A stretch of DNA of 64,000 nucleotides from Candidatus Binatia bacterium (lineage in GTDB: Bacteria > Desulfobacterota > Binatia > Bin18), in contig CAXXHG010000007.1 of NCBI GenBank assembly GCA_963666315.2, forward strand, positions 32,001 to 96,000. Direction: 5' to 3'. This document shows positions 50,640-60,005 of the stretch, one piece after another. Both the position numbers and the translations under genes were made by a program. Numbering within the stretch: the stretch's first letter is position 1; every line of letters starts with the position of its first letter. The notes under the pieces were generated by a model. It was not told where the DNA came from. It did not search any database and saw only the letters and a list, made by a program, of their open reading frames with translations.

Positions 50640-50830
50640 ACCGCGTCAATATAAACCTGCGCGTTATGGGATGCATTCTGACGGAACCCGTTCGGTCTGA
50701 GCGTAGTGTGAGCGAAGTCGAAGACCCGAGCCCGTGCGGAGGACGCCCTTTGACTTTGCCGCCGGCGCGGCGACGCTCAGGACGAATGTTGAGACCACAC
50801 CGTACAGCTTTAGATTGGACATGCTGGCAG
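50640..50830. repeat. REP/MITE-like element between convergent genes
   Basis: Core CGTTCGGTCTGAGCG...GTCGAAG...CTTTGAC...CGCTCAGGACGAATG (50688-50788) within imperfect outer inverted repeats GTCAATATAAACCTG / CAGCTTTAGATTGGAC. Confidence 0.65.
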
Positions 50831-50844
50831 CACCCTTTTTAGTA

Positions 50845-51729
50845 CTACCGAAATTGACGAATCAGCTCAGCGCCCTTTTCTAATATGGGCCATTGGATCT
50901 CTGGAGTGGCTGGCTCAATCAGAAAAACAATCCGCGTAAAGCCCAGATCAATGAGTTCGTGGAGCCGCTTAATGGCATTCGGTGCGGCCTGCGCGTACGC
51001 GGTTAAGACCCAGGTGATCACCGTCAAGTCAAATTCATCCATTGTCCGTCCGACTCTGATCGCTTCTGTTCTGATGGTGTTGAGACCATTCGACAGTTCA
51101 TCCAGTCCTTCGACCAAACCATCTACCGGAAACCAGCCATCGCAGTATTCGACTATGCGCTTGGGTGACCACTTAGAACTGGCTCCCAGGAGTATTGGTG
51201 GCCCTCCGGCTTGAAGGGGCTTCGGCCAGCACCACATAGGATCAAAGTTCAAGAACTGTCCGTGGAACTCTGCAACCTCTTTGGTCCAGATTTCGCGCAT
51301 AGCAAGGACATTTTCGCGAGTGACCTTCCATCGATCTTTGAATGCTACTCCGTGGTCGGCCATCTCTTCTGCGTTCCAGCCTGCTCCGATGCCAAACAAG
51401 AAGCGCCCGTTGGAAACGTGGTCTAGACAGGCGACTTCTTTGGCCAGGGTAATCGGATGATGTTCCGGGACTAGACAGACTGAGGTACCAACCCTGAGCT
51501 TCTGCGTTACTGCCGCTGCGGCAGTCAAGCCGATAAAGGGATCAAAAAACTCACTATAGTAGCTTGGGAGGTTGCCGCCGCCGGGAAACGGACTGATGCG
51601 GCTGGTCGGAATATGAGTATGTTCTCCAAAGAAAAGAGATTCAAAACCATGCTCTTCCAGCCAGCGTGCGAGATCTATGGGTTGGATCGTATAATGAGTC
51701 GGTATGGTCACAATTCCAAAATCTGCCAT
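50845..51729 (-). CDS. LLM-class F420-dependent oxidoreductase (Rv2161c-like)
   Basis: GEHTHIPTSR, DPFIGL, GIGAGWNAEEMADHG, WPKPLQ. Confidence 0.9.
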   Translation of the reverse strand: MADFGIVTIPTHYTIQPIDLARWLEEHGFESLFFGEHTHIPTSRISPFPGGGNLPSYYSEFFDPFIGLTAAAAVTQKLRVGTSVCLVPEHHPITLAKEVACLDHVSNGRFLFGIGAGWNAEEMADHGVAFKDRWKVTRENVLAMREIWTKEVAEFHGQFLNFDPMWCWPKPLQAGGPPILLGASSKWSPKRIVEYCDGWFPVDGLVEGLDELSNGLNTIRTEAIRVGRTMDEFDLTVITWVLTAYAQAAPNAIKRLHELIDLGFTRIVFLIEPATPEIQWPILEKGAELIRQFR

Positions 51730-51768
51730 CTCCGTCCCTCCTTTTATGTCGACATGGCTGGCTGATCT

Positions 51769-51806
51769 TTGGCGATGCGATCACGCGAGGGTGATCGCGT
51801 CGCCAA
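51769..51806. repeat. 16-bp inverted repeat in the divergent LLM promoter region
   Basis: TTGGCGATGCGATCAC-gcgagg-GTGATCGCGTCGCCAA. Confidence 0.75.
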
Positions 51807-51919
51807 TCTTGTCAATCTGCAATTTAGCTGAAATGATACAAAATGTATTGCCTACGGGGGCGATCATTATCTAACTAGTCCCGCAGCGGTAGAGCGTGGG
51901 AAGCAAGAAAGGAACGACT

Positions 51920-53044
51920 ATGCGGCTTGGAATGTCGATGGTGTTTCAGAACCATAAGCAATACGACGACCGGGAAATGTACAAACAAGAGACTCGCTTG
52001 GCAATCAAAGCCGAGGAATTGGGTTTTGATATCATATGGCCGGTCGAGCATCATTTCTTTGATTACGCGATGTGTCCTGACAACATGCAATTCCTGAGCT
52101 ATCTTGCTGCGCGAACCGAACGCATCCAACTCGCAACTGGCGTAATTATTCTGCCCTGGAATGATCCTTTGCGGGTTGTTGAAAAGATGGTCCTGTTGGA
52201 TCATCTATCGGACGGACGGGCAGTCCTTGGCCTGGGTCGTGGGCTCGCCCAGCGCGAGTACCGTGGCTTTGGCGTAGATATGGCCGAAGCGCGTGACCGA
52301 TTCAACCAAGCGGCTGAGATTATTCTCACTGGTCTGGAAGAAGGCGTTGTTGAAGCGGACACCACCTATTATAAGCAGGCTCGCGTTGAGGTGCGTCCCC
52401 GTCCGCTTCAAAGTTTCAAAGGCCGTCGGTATATGGTCTGTATGTCTCCGGAGTCGTTCGAGGTAGCGGGTCGGTTGGGCTTAGGCGCAATGATGTTCTC
52501 CCAAGCCTCGTGGGATCAGGTTGCTGACAATATCTGGAACTACCGTGAGCTGTATCGGAAGCACAATAATGGGGAAGAAGCGCCTCCCGTGACTTGTGGC
52601 GATTTTGTTGCGTGTTATGAGGACAAGAAGAAAGCTGAGGAAGTTGCCCGTAAACATATCGTGGGCTACTACTGGGCCGTGATGGAGCACTACGAAATGC
52701 TGAGTGATCACTTTGCGAAAGCTGGCAAGTCCTATCAACACTATGCACAGGCAGCAGAGATGCTGAAGCAGCTTGACTCGGACGTGGTTGTTGAGGGCTT
52801 TTTGAATGCCAACTTATGGGGTAGCCCAGACATGCTGCTGAAGAAGCTCGAACAGCGCCGTGAGATTATTGGTGACTTTGAGGTTATCGGCTGTTTTAGT
52901 TATCAGAGTCAGCCGTATGATCAGGTTGAGCGTTGCATGCAGTTGTTCGCCAAAGAGGTCGGCCCAGAGCTTAAGAGTTGGACTCCTCAGACTAGCTCAG
53001 CGCCGGTCAATGTTAATGCTGTAACAACTAGTGTCGGTAGGTAA
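51920..53044 (+). CDS. LLM-class flavin-dependent oxidoreductase
   Basis: VEHHF, ILPWNDPLRV, LDHLSDGR..LGLGRG. Confidence 0.9.
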   Translation: MRLGMSMVFQNHKQYDDREMYKQETRLAIKAEELGFDIIWPVEHHFFDYAMCPDNMQFLSYLAARTERIQLATGVIILPWNDPLRVVEKMVLLDHLSDGRAVLGLGRGLAQREYRGFGVDMAEARDRFNQAAEIILTGLEEGVVEADTTYYKQARVEVRPRPLQSFKGRRYMVCMSPESFEVAGRLGLGAMMFSQASWDQVADNIWNYRELYRKHNNGEEAPPVTCGDFVACYEDKKKAEEVARKHIVGYYWAVMEHYEMLSDHFAKAGKSYQHYAQAAEMLKQLDSDVVVEGFLNANLWGSPDMLLKKLEQRREIIGDFEVIGCFSYQSQPYDQVERCMQLFAKEVGPELKSWTPQTSSAPVNVNAVTTSVGR

Positions 53045-53089
53045 TGCAAGAATCAATACTGCGATAAAGGAAGAGAAGGAGGCCATAAA

Positions 53090-53252
53090 ATGGCGGGACA
53101 GTTGGATTGAAAAGTTGCGTTCGTCACGGGTGCGGGGTCAGGCATTGGACGGGCGTGGCGTCGCACAGGATAATAGCCAAGCTATCTTCTGGTACCGTAA
53201 GGCGGCAGCCCAGGCCCATGCGGCAGTACGGAAAAACCTAGGGTGGAGGTAG
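53090..53252 (+). pseudogene. SDR N-terminal stub fused to a Sel1-repeat fragment
   Basis: RBS AAGGAGG then MAGQLD*KVAFVTGAGSGIGRA (53090-53155); then, in another frame, GRGVAQDNSQAIFWYRKAAAQ..NLG. Confidence 0.75.
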
Positions 53253-53437
53253 TACTTTGGACATGACCCTTGGATGAACGCCTAATGCCGAAGACGCAAT
53301 GGAACCTTGGGTAATGTATGACTTCGGTGCGCTGTTCCTCGATGCCCCGGAGCCGTTCTCGTCCTCAGCACCCTTTGATGTCGTGCCATAACGGGTAGTA
53401 AGCATTTTACTGCGCTGGTACACGCTAAGGTGTCCCA

Positions 53438-53854
53438 GCTTTCGCTTGCGCTGATGGAGCCGTGGTGGGAAACGTGGCCGTGCAGGGGCTGCAGACCAAC
53501 ACGGCAGATGGTTTTGTGTGCGTGGATGGTATCGCGGGCAACACGGCGACATGTACGTTTCAGGGGAACATCGACACGTCCGCCAATTCGCTGCTTTCCA
53601 GTATCGCCACGGCAGATGATGTGAGTACGGTAACGCGTCCGGTTACGGCTGCGTTAGTGAAGCGTCTGAATGCGCAAATCGCCCGCCTACAAGAGCAAGA
53701 GCAGGCGCTTCGCGTCCGAGCAGAGAGCATAGACAATGAGCAGTTGCAGTAGCAGCTCCACCAGCTCTGTGACAAACTCAGCGCCTTGCAAGTGAGGCTG
53801 GCAGCACGCCGGGATGGGCGGTCACCGTGGGAAGAATACGTCAGTATTGATTAG
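53438..53854 (+). pseudogene. Decayed hypothetical gene with C-terminal coiled coil
   Basis: ORF 53462-53752; the coiled-coil pattern continues past the TAG (QLHQLCDKLSALQVRLAARR). Confidence 0.4.
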
Positions 53855-53972
53855 GCGGGCTCCTAAAAAGTCAGGGAAGCTGCGCCAAATAAAATGATTA
53901 CGCGGCTTCTCCCACTTCTCATTCCAACAGTTGATTCATCGCCCTAGAGCAGGCCCTTCCAAGTGCGCCCGT

Positions 53973-54125
53973 CTAATCCAGCGCCTTGACCATCTCAACC
54001 CTTTCTTCGAGGGTGCGGTGGATATAGCGTCGAGTCGTATCATAGCGCGCATGGCCGAGTTCACTTTGGAGGGCATCCACGTCTTGGAATTTCTTCTAAT
54101 GCCGGGTCGCAAACCCATGCCGGAA
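53973..54125 (-). pseudogene. Tyrosine recombinase C-terminal fragment (left copy, with nonsense codon)
   Basis: FRHGFATRH*KKFQDVDALQSELGHARYDTTRRYIH: RH, LGH and catalytic Y motifs. Confidence 0.85.
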
Positions 54126-54198
54126 ACCCTGGCTAATTGTCAATGATGTCCAGCTCTTCCGGTGCGGACATGTAAGGACAGCGCCATGCATGCCGTTG

Positions 54199-54663
54199 TT
54201 AGGCCGCCTCTTCGCTCCCGCGAACTGTCCCACCAACAACAAGGGCAGCAGATATGATCATCAGGTTCTTGATGATGTACTGACCCTCCATCGTCGGCCC
54301 ATATGGCAGGTGGCCTGCCTGGAACGTGACTGCAGGAAGGAGGATCAAGGGCATGAATGTCCCGACCATCTGTAGGGCTAGTAACGCGATGGCGACTCGG
54401 ATTGTCCTGCGAAAGAGAAACGCTATTCCGATCGCAACTTCCCACCAACCTATGATGACCACCCACAACCCCCCATCGAATAACGGCAGCCAACGCACCG
54501 TTGCGATGATGAGAGGTTCCGCCGCTGACAGGCCAAGCGGTTTGAGAACGCCGAACCAGATAAAGATGATTCCAAACGAAAGGCGCAAGGCGAGAATTCC
54601 CCAACGACACATGAAGGTGGATATCGAACGGTCAATCTCATCGAAGTTCATATGAGCCTGCAT
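54199..54663 (-). CDS. DoxX-like membrane protein
   Basis: LRLSFGIIFIWFGVLK, GWWEVAIG, EGQYIIKN. Confidence 0.85.
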   Translation of the reverse strand: MQAHMNFDEIDRSISTFMCRWGILALRLSFGIIFIWFGVLKPLGLSAAEPLIIATVRWLPLFDGGLWVVIIGWWEVAIGIAFLFRRTIRVAIALLALQMVGTFMPLILLPAVTFQAGHLPYGPTMEGQYIIKNLMIISAALVVGGTVRGSEEAA

Positions 54664-54675
54664 CGCGTACGTCAG

Positions 54676-55377
54676 TTATGCAGCCTGATACAGCGGGTTC
54701 TCCAGCAGGTAATTCACGGTGGACGCGTACCAACGGCCGCCCTTCTTAGTTTCGACCTCCCGTTGATTCAGTTGTGCCGCAATCCAACGTAGCGACCTCC
54801 CGGCCTTCCGCTTCCTGCGTATCCATTTCACGCGCTTGAGTTCTGCATCTACAGGGGTGAGCGTGTCGCCGGTCCTGGCATACCCGAATGGCGTAGTGGG
54901 ATACACTTCTCGCCGGCGCTTCTTGTACTGCAGGGCAGCAGCCGTTCGCTCGGCAATCAGATTCCGCTCCAGCTCGGCAAAACCTGCCGACATGGTCAAA
55001 AACATCCGGCCCATAGCCGACGCCGTATTGATGCTTTGCCCGCCCATATCGAGCAGATGCAGACCAATACCGGCCTTGTCCCATACCTTCGTCTGCGTGA
55101 GACAATCGGACGCGTCTCTAAACAGCCGGTCAAGCTTCAGCACAATGGCATGCTTGACGGCTTTGCCTTTTCCTAGCGCCTGCAACAGTTCCGCCCCGCC
55201 TGGCCGGTCCGCTAGGGGAACCGTGCCGCTGATACCTTCCTCGCGGATAATGTTCGTAACCTTGATATTCTGCGCAGTCGCATAGGCGCTGAGCCGTTCG
55301 GCCTGCGCGTCCAGCGAAACGCCTTCTATGGCCTGTTCTGCCGTACTAACCCGCGTGTATGCAATACCTTGCTGCAT
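54676..55377 (-). CDS. Serine recombinase (resolvase domain plus short recombinase domain)
   Basis: AYTRVSTAEQ, SG...DRPG, KLDRLFR, FAELERNLIAERT, PFGY, SLRWIAAQLN, GRWYASTV. Confidence 0.92.
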   Translation of the reverse strand: MQQGIAYTRVSTAEQAIEGVSLDAQAERLSAYATAQNIKVTNIIREEGISGTVPLADRPGGAELLQALGKGKAVKHAIVLKLDRLFRDASDCLTQTKVWDKAGIGLHLLDMGGQSINTASAMGRMFLTMSAGFAELERNLIAERTAAALQYKKRRREVYPTTPFGYARTGDTLTPVDAELKRVKWIRRKRKAGRSLRWIAAQLNQREVETKKGGRWYASTVNYLLENPLYQAA

Positions 55378-55516
55378 TTTTGTCCTTCTCTCCCGTACGA
55401 AGACGCTCCTCTTTGTACAAAATATACACTCGTCTGAAGATGATTTCAAGTTTTAAAGCGTAATTTCCTATCTTTATATATTGTTTTGCGTTAGTATGAA
55501 GGGAACGGAGGTCGCT

Positions 55517-55759
55517 ATGTCCATCGAAAAAAGAATTAGCCCCGAGTCATTAGCCGAACAGTGGGACGTCAAAGTTACGACGATTCGCAAATATATCCGC
55601 GACGGCAAGCTGCGAGCCGCGAAGTTCGGCCGCGGGTATCGCATCGCAGAAAGTGACGCCGAAGCCTTCGCAGCAGCGAACACGGCGAATATCCAAACGA
55701 CCGTTTATGACCCGGCAGCCGGCGGTGACGGCACGAACATCAAGGTGACGAAACCATAG
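55517..55759 (+). CDS. Excisionase-like HTH DNA-binding protein
   Basis: SPESLAEQWDVKVTTIRKYIRDGKLRAAKFGRGYRI; GGAGG RBS. Confidence 0.85.
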   Translation: MSIEKRISPESLAEQWDVKVTTIRKYIRDGKLRAAKFGRGYRIAESDAEAFAAANTANIQTTVYDPAAGGDGTNIKVTKP

Positions 55760-55768
55760 CGCAGAGGT

Positions 55769-58297
55769 ATGACAGCTACCGCACTGATAGCGACGCTGGA
55801 ATCATCGCATCACACTAGTAGTGATACCGGGCAGATTCGTGTCGATGTGCTCAGACCTGCGCAAAGCCGATACGAAAGCGTACCCGACGAACTCAAAGGA
55901 TTAAAACAATGGGTGGCCTGGAAACGTGAGCCCGACCCGAAACATCCGGGAAAGCCGCGCAAGGTGCCATACAATGCGCATACGGGACGACGCGCTTCTA
56001 GTACTGACCCTGCCACTTGGACAACGTTCGACCACATGATGACCGTCAAGGGCTATGACGGCATCGGCTTTGTTCTGGCAGAAGACGATCCGTACACCTT
56101 TATCGACCTCGACCACTGTCAAAACGCCGATACGGCTAAGCCTGATCCGTGGGCGAATGATATCGTTGGCCAGTCTGCTAATTTTTACTGGGAAGTGAGC
56201 CCGTCGGGTACAGGACTGCATGGCCTGGGCAAAGGGTCGTGGCCGACCAGGGGCAATAAAAAAGGCAACGTCGAAGTCTACGTGGCCAGTCGGTATGCGA
56301 CCGTAACGGTTCGTTATCACGCTGGGGAGCAGTTCGAGCTCGGCGACCATACAGAAGCGCTCGAGGAGCTGCATAAACAATACTTCAACGACCCCAAGCC
56401 CGCGCCCAAGATATCTAATGTCAAAGGGTCGGCCGGGGGCGGATTCGCGGGTACCGATGCTGACCTGATTGTCAAAGCTCAGCACGCGAAGAATGGGGCG
56501 AAATTTTCCAGTCTTTGGACGGGCAATACTGATGGTTATCCGTCGCAGTCTGAAGCAGATCAGGCCCTAGTCAACATGCTTGTTTTTTGGTGCGCGGCGG
56601 ATCCTGAGCGCATTGACCGGCTTTTTCGCGCGTCTGGCCTGTATCGGGGAAAATGGGACGAAAAACATGGTGACGATACGTATGGCGCATTGACGATCGC
56701 AAAGTCTTTGAGCGGCCAGCGTGAATATTACCGGCCGTCTTGGTCGGCCGGCAGGGTGAAGGCGGTCGACACACCTGCGGACGATTTGGAGTCCATCGTG
56801 ATAACGGCCCGACCGTTGCGGGATATATCAGACGATGCCCTCAACGCTTTAGGCAAGCGCAATATCCCGCCGGCACTCTTTGTTCGTTCGAACAGACTCG
56901 TACGCTGCATAATGAATGAATACGACACGCCCCTCATCGACATGCTCTCAGAACACGCCGTGCGCGGCAGGCTTGCCCGAGTGGCCGACTTCCTCAGAGT
57001 TAAATCGGGAAGGACAGAAGATGACCCGCCGACCCACATTCAATGTTCGCCACCACTGGATGTAACTCGAGATATTCTCGCTCTGGGGGACTGGCCATTC
57101 CCTGTTCTCGAAGGCGTCACGTCATGCCCCATCCTGCGGCCGACGGGGGAGTTGATGCGATCACCCGGGTATAATCCCGAGACACGCTTGTTCTACTGGC
57201 CGCCCAAGAATTTCAAACTCGGGACAATTCCCGACGCGCCCGCACAAGAAGACGCGCGTGCGGCCCGGGATTATATATGTGACGAGATACTCAGCGATTT
57301 CCCATTTAGCCAAGCCGCCGATTTGGCGAACATGATCGCCACGCTGCTGACCCCGGTCACGCGGTCCGCCATTCTCGGCAATGTCCCACTGTGCCTTATC
57401 GACAAGCCCACCCCGGGGAGCGGCGCAACACTCTTAACCGACGTGGTCGCCCTTATCGCCACCGGGACGACCGCGCCCAAAATGCTCATACCGGAAGGAA
57501 GAGGCTCAGACGATGAATGGCGCAAACGCATTACCTCAACGCTTATGGACGGATACACGATTACGGTTTTTGACAATGTTGATGCGTCTCTTTCTTCCAA
57601 TACGTTGGCCATGGTGTTGACGACGGAATTTTGGCGGGATCGTATCTTAGGTCGAAGTGAAAATATCACGCTACCCGTGCATAAAACGTGGATTGCCACA
57701 GGGAATAATGTGCGCATTCGTGGTGATCTTGCGCGGCGATCCTATCGGATTCGCATCGACACTCAGCAAGAACGTCCCTGGGAACGGCACGAATTTCGGC
57801 ACCTCGAGTTGTTGAAATGGGTAGAGGAGCACCGCGGAGTCATTCTCGCGAAACTGTACACCATGATCTTGGCATATTTTCAGGCCGGCTGTCCGCCTCA
57901 GAAAACACCGCCCATGGGTGGGTTTGAATCGTGGGTCCAATTGGTTGGCGGGATCCTCGCCTATGCAGGCGTTGTCGGATTCTCAGAGAAACGCATGGAC
58001 CTCTACGAACTCGTTGACGACGAAGGACCACAATGGGCCGCATTTCTTTTGGCGTGGTCTGAACAATTCGGGACTCAGACCCGCACAGTTTCTGAGTTTT
58101 TCGTGCTGGCCTCTTCTGATCTGCGCGCTGCTATTCCCGAGTGTTTAGCGATCGACCTAGATCGTTTGGATTCAGCAAAGAAGAAGCTAGGCAGAGCATT
58201 AGCGAAACGGGTCGACCGCATTTATGGCGAATATCGCATTACCAGATCGAAAGACGAGCACAGTAAAATATGGCGATGGACAGTCAGCGAAGCCTAA
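55769..58297 (+). CDS. NrS-1-type primase-polymerase fused to a helicase-like domain
   Basis: QWVAWK, KVPYN, DPATW, GIGFVL, IDLDHC, EVSPSGTGLH, VEVY; SEADQAL..IDRLFRASGL; C-terminal PGSGAT, FDNV, RILG, TGNN, GDLARR. Confidence 0.85.
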   Translation: MTATALIATLESSHHTSSDTGQIRVDVLRPAQSRYESVPDELKGLKQWVAWKREPDPKHPGKPRKVPYNAHTGRRASSTDPATWTTFDHMMTVKGYDGIGFVLAEDDPYTFIDLDHCQNADTAKPDPWANDIVGQSANFYWEVSPSGTGLHGLGKGSWPTRGNKKGNVEVYVASRYATVTVRYHAGEQFELGDHTEALEELHKQYFNDPKPAPKISNVKGSAGGGFAGTDADLIVKAQHAKNGAKFSSLWTGNTDGYPSQSEADQALVNMLVFWCAADPERIDRLFRASGLYRGKWDEKHGDDTYGALTIAKSLSGQREYYRPSWSAGRVKAVDTPADDLESIVITARPLRDISDDALNALGKRNIPPALFVRSNRLVRCIMNEYDTPLIDMLSEHAVRGRLARVADFLRVKSGRTEDDPPTHIQCSPPLDVTRDILALGDWPFPVLEGVTSCPILRPTGELMRSPGYNPETRLFYWPPKNFKLGTIPDAPAQEDARAARDYICDEILSDFPFSQAADLANMIATLLTPVTRSAILGNVPLCLIDKPTPGSGATLLTDVVALIATGTTAPKMLIPEGRGSDDEWRKRITSTLMDGYTITVFDNVDASLSSNTLAMVLTTEFWRDRILGRSENITLPVHKTWIATGNNVRIRGDLARRSYRIRIDTQQERPWERHEFRHLELLKWVEEHRGVILAKLYTMILAYFQAGCPPQKTPPMGGFESWVQLVGGILAYAGVVGFSEKRMDLYELVDDEGPQWAAFLLAWSEQFGTQTRTVSEFFVLASSDLRAAIPECLAIDLDRLDSAKKKLGRALAKRVDRIYGEYRITRSKDEHSKIWRWTVSEA

Positions 58298-58302
58298 TTG
58301 AG

Positions 58303-58464
58303 TTGCGGAGTTTTTGTCAATGCTAACATGTATCAGTTTTCTCTTTTATCCAGGTGAATTGATATAGAGGAGGGCCGACCCGATACCCCGCAAAACCCCG
58401 CAAGAATTCTAAGTGCTTGATTTTCCTAGACCTGCTGCGGGGCTTGTAAATGGGAAACCCCGCA
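58303..58464. repeat. Iteron-like direct and inverted ACCCCGCA repeats (putative origin)
   Basis: ACCCCGCA at 58385, 58395 and 58457; inverted TGCGGGGC at 58436 and TGCGGAGT at 58304. Confidence 0.6.
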
Positions 58465-58477
58465 TGAGGAGCACGAA

Positions 58478-58699
58478 ATGGCGACAAATAAAGACGTTCT
58501 TGATGTCTTTCCGGGCGCAAAAGTGGTCGACCCAAAGGACGTGGCCCGGCGCTCGAATATACCGGCCAAGGTGGAACAACCCCAGGAGCAAGAGGTTCGC
58601 ACCGCCAAAGTCGACGCCGAGAGAAAAAGTCGCATTGAACGCGCATTAAAAGCCGGTGCCCGGCGACAACAAGGCCGGCAGGGCCGACTGTTTGAGTGA
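58478..58699 (+). CDS. Small hypothetical protein
   Basis: GAGGAG RBS, 73-aa ORF, VLDVFPGAKVV. Confidence 0.55.
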   Translation: MATNKDVLDVFPGAKVVDPKDVARRSNIPAKVEQPQEQEVRTAKVDAERKSRIERALKAGARRQQGRQGRLFE

Positions 58700-58969
58700 G
58701 GAATCATATGTTTAAGTATTGGTCTTAACAATAAACACGATGCTCAAGACCGAGAATGCCCGGCATGCGAGTGCCGGCTGTGGTGGGTGGATGGCCTTGG
58801 TCATGCGCATTGCGCGGAATGCACCCCGCCTGCTGACCGCGCACTGGTCATACGATGGCTTCGACCGACCACACCGAGCTACGACCGCCACTGGTTGCAG
58901 GATGCCGCATAAGGGTGAGGTTGAGTATCCGATTCGACATCCCAGATCCTGGTCTTCACTTTGGGTCCA

Positions 58970-59461
58970 TCATTCACCGAGATGCAACCGGAGGCTCTCG
59001 ATCTGAATCGGCGCATCCTCTTTGTCATCCAAACCCAGCTCACTCCGACTGGGGCTGTGCAAGATCAACACCTTCTGCTCGATGCTGACGTTGGCCTCAG
59101 GGCTGAACATGCCCAGATGCTTGCCGAGCAGCTCAGCCGATCTGTTTGCTCCAGCGGCATCGAAACGCCAAACGCCAGTCGTCCGGCCTTCGCTATCCAT
59201 GACCGGAGTGCCCTGTAGCCATCGGTCGTTGATCTCGAGCAGACGTTTCAAGACCTCATCCACCGTAATCTGTGTCCGAACAGAGGCCGCTTTCTGCGCT
59301 TCCTCGATCGCAGCCTGAATGTCTGGTTTCGAGAGGTTCTCCGATCCGATCTTCCGTGCTGTTTTTTCACCATATCCCGCCCGGATCGCGGCTTTGGTCG
59401 CGCAGAGATCGATTAGATACTCGTCAACAAACTTCGCCTGCTTAGGCGTCAATGTCGCCAT
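58970..59461 (-). CDS. terS: Terminase small subunit
   Basis: LTPKQAKFVDEYLIDLCATKAAIRAGY..TARKIGSENLSKP, ELLGKHLGMF; GAGGA RBS. Confidence 0.93.
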   Translation of the reverse strand: MATLTPKQAKFVDEYLIDLCATKAAIRAGYGEKTARKIGSENLSKPDIQAAIEEAQKAASVRTQITVDEVLKRLLEINDRWLQGTPVMDSEGRTTGVWRFDAAGANRSAELLGKHLGMFSPEANVSIEQKVLILHSPSRSELGLDDKEDAPIQIESLRLHLGE

Positions 59462-59873
59462 CAGTGTCCTCGCTGTCCCGCTCAACCCACCGGGCAATTC
59501 TGCGCGATCAACATCACGCGCCGGACGGTTCGAAAGTCGGCCGACGTAAACTCCCATTGCGCTTTGCCCACAAATCCGGGTTGGAAGAGCCTGAGCAAAA
59601 AGTCGCTGCGGTGGATCTCGTCGCCGGTGAGTGCGTCGGTCAATTCATCCAATGTCGTCGGCTGTAATGGCAAGCGCGCTTTTCGAGGGGCGTGGTCAAT
59701 GCTGCGCATACAGTCGTTGTTCACGGTGCGAACATACGCCGGCTGACACGTATTTCTAAAATAATGTCGTCGGGGCTCACGGTAAGACCATTTCGCTCGA
59801 AGATGCCAGGATAGACAAGACTCTGTTTTCGTGTCAGTAGCGAGACAACAAACTAACCTTTAAAGAGTCAGTC

Positions 59874-60005
59874 ATGTTGATTACAGCTGTATTGTTCTTA
59901 CTTGTAGCCTCCCCTGTCTTTGCGCAGCTCGATCTTGATAATGCGGGCAACGTCGGGATTGGGACGACGAGCCCATCGCCAATTGTTGAAATTGCCACTG
60001 CAATC
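59874..60005 (+). pseudogene. N-terminal stub of an exported GNVGIGT-repeat (tail-fibre/adhesin-like) protein
   Basis: Signal peptide ..SPVFA followed by AGNVGIGTTSP, then an abrupt switch to integrase DNA. Confidence 0.55.

Larger units (their letters stand above)
54676..59461. mobile_element. Phage-satellite-like integrative element (boundaries approximate)
   Basis: Recombinase divergent from HTH and primase/helicase, iteron-like repeats, terminase small subunit, no capsid or tail genes. Confidence 0.6.

Noticed and set aside
49388-53110. In-frame TGA codons (49388, 53108) as stop-codon reassignment or selenocysteine
   Set aside because: Many intact genes here end in TGA, other pseudogenes carry TAG stops, and the positions are non-catalytic
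58700-58970. Terminase large subunit downstream of terS
   Set aside because: No open frame with ATPase motifs could be read
54660-59760. attL/attR direct repeats for the satellite-like element
   Set aside because: No convincing repeat pair found by eye; serine recombinase sites share only very short cores
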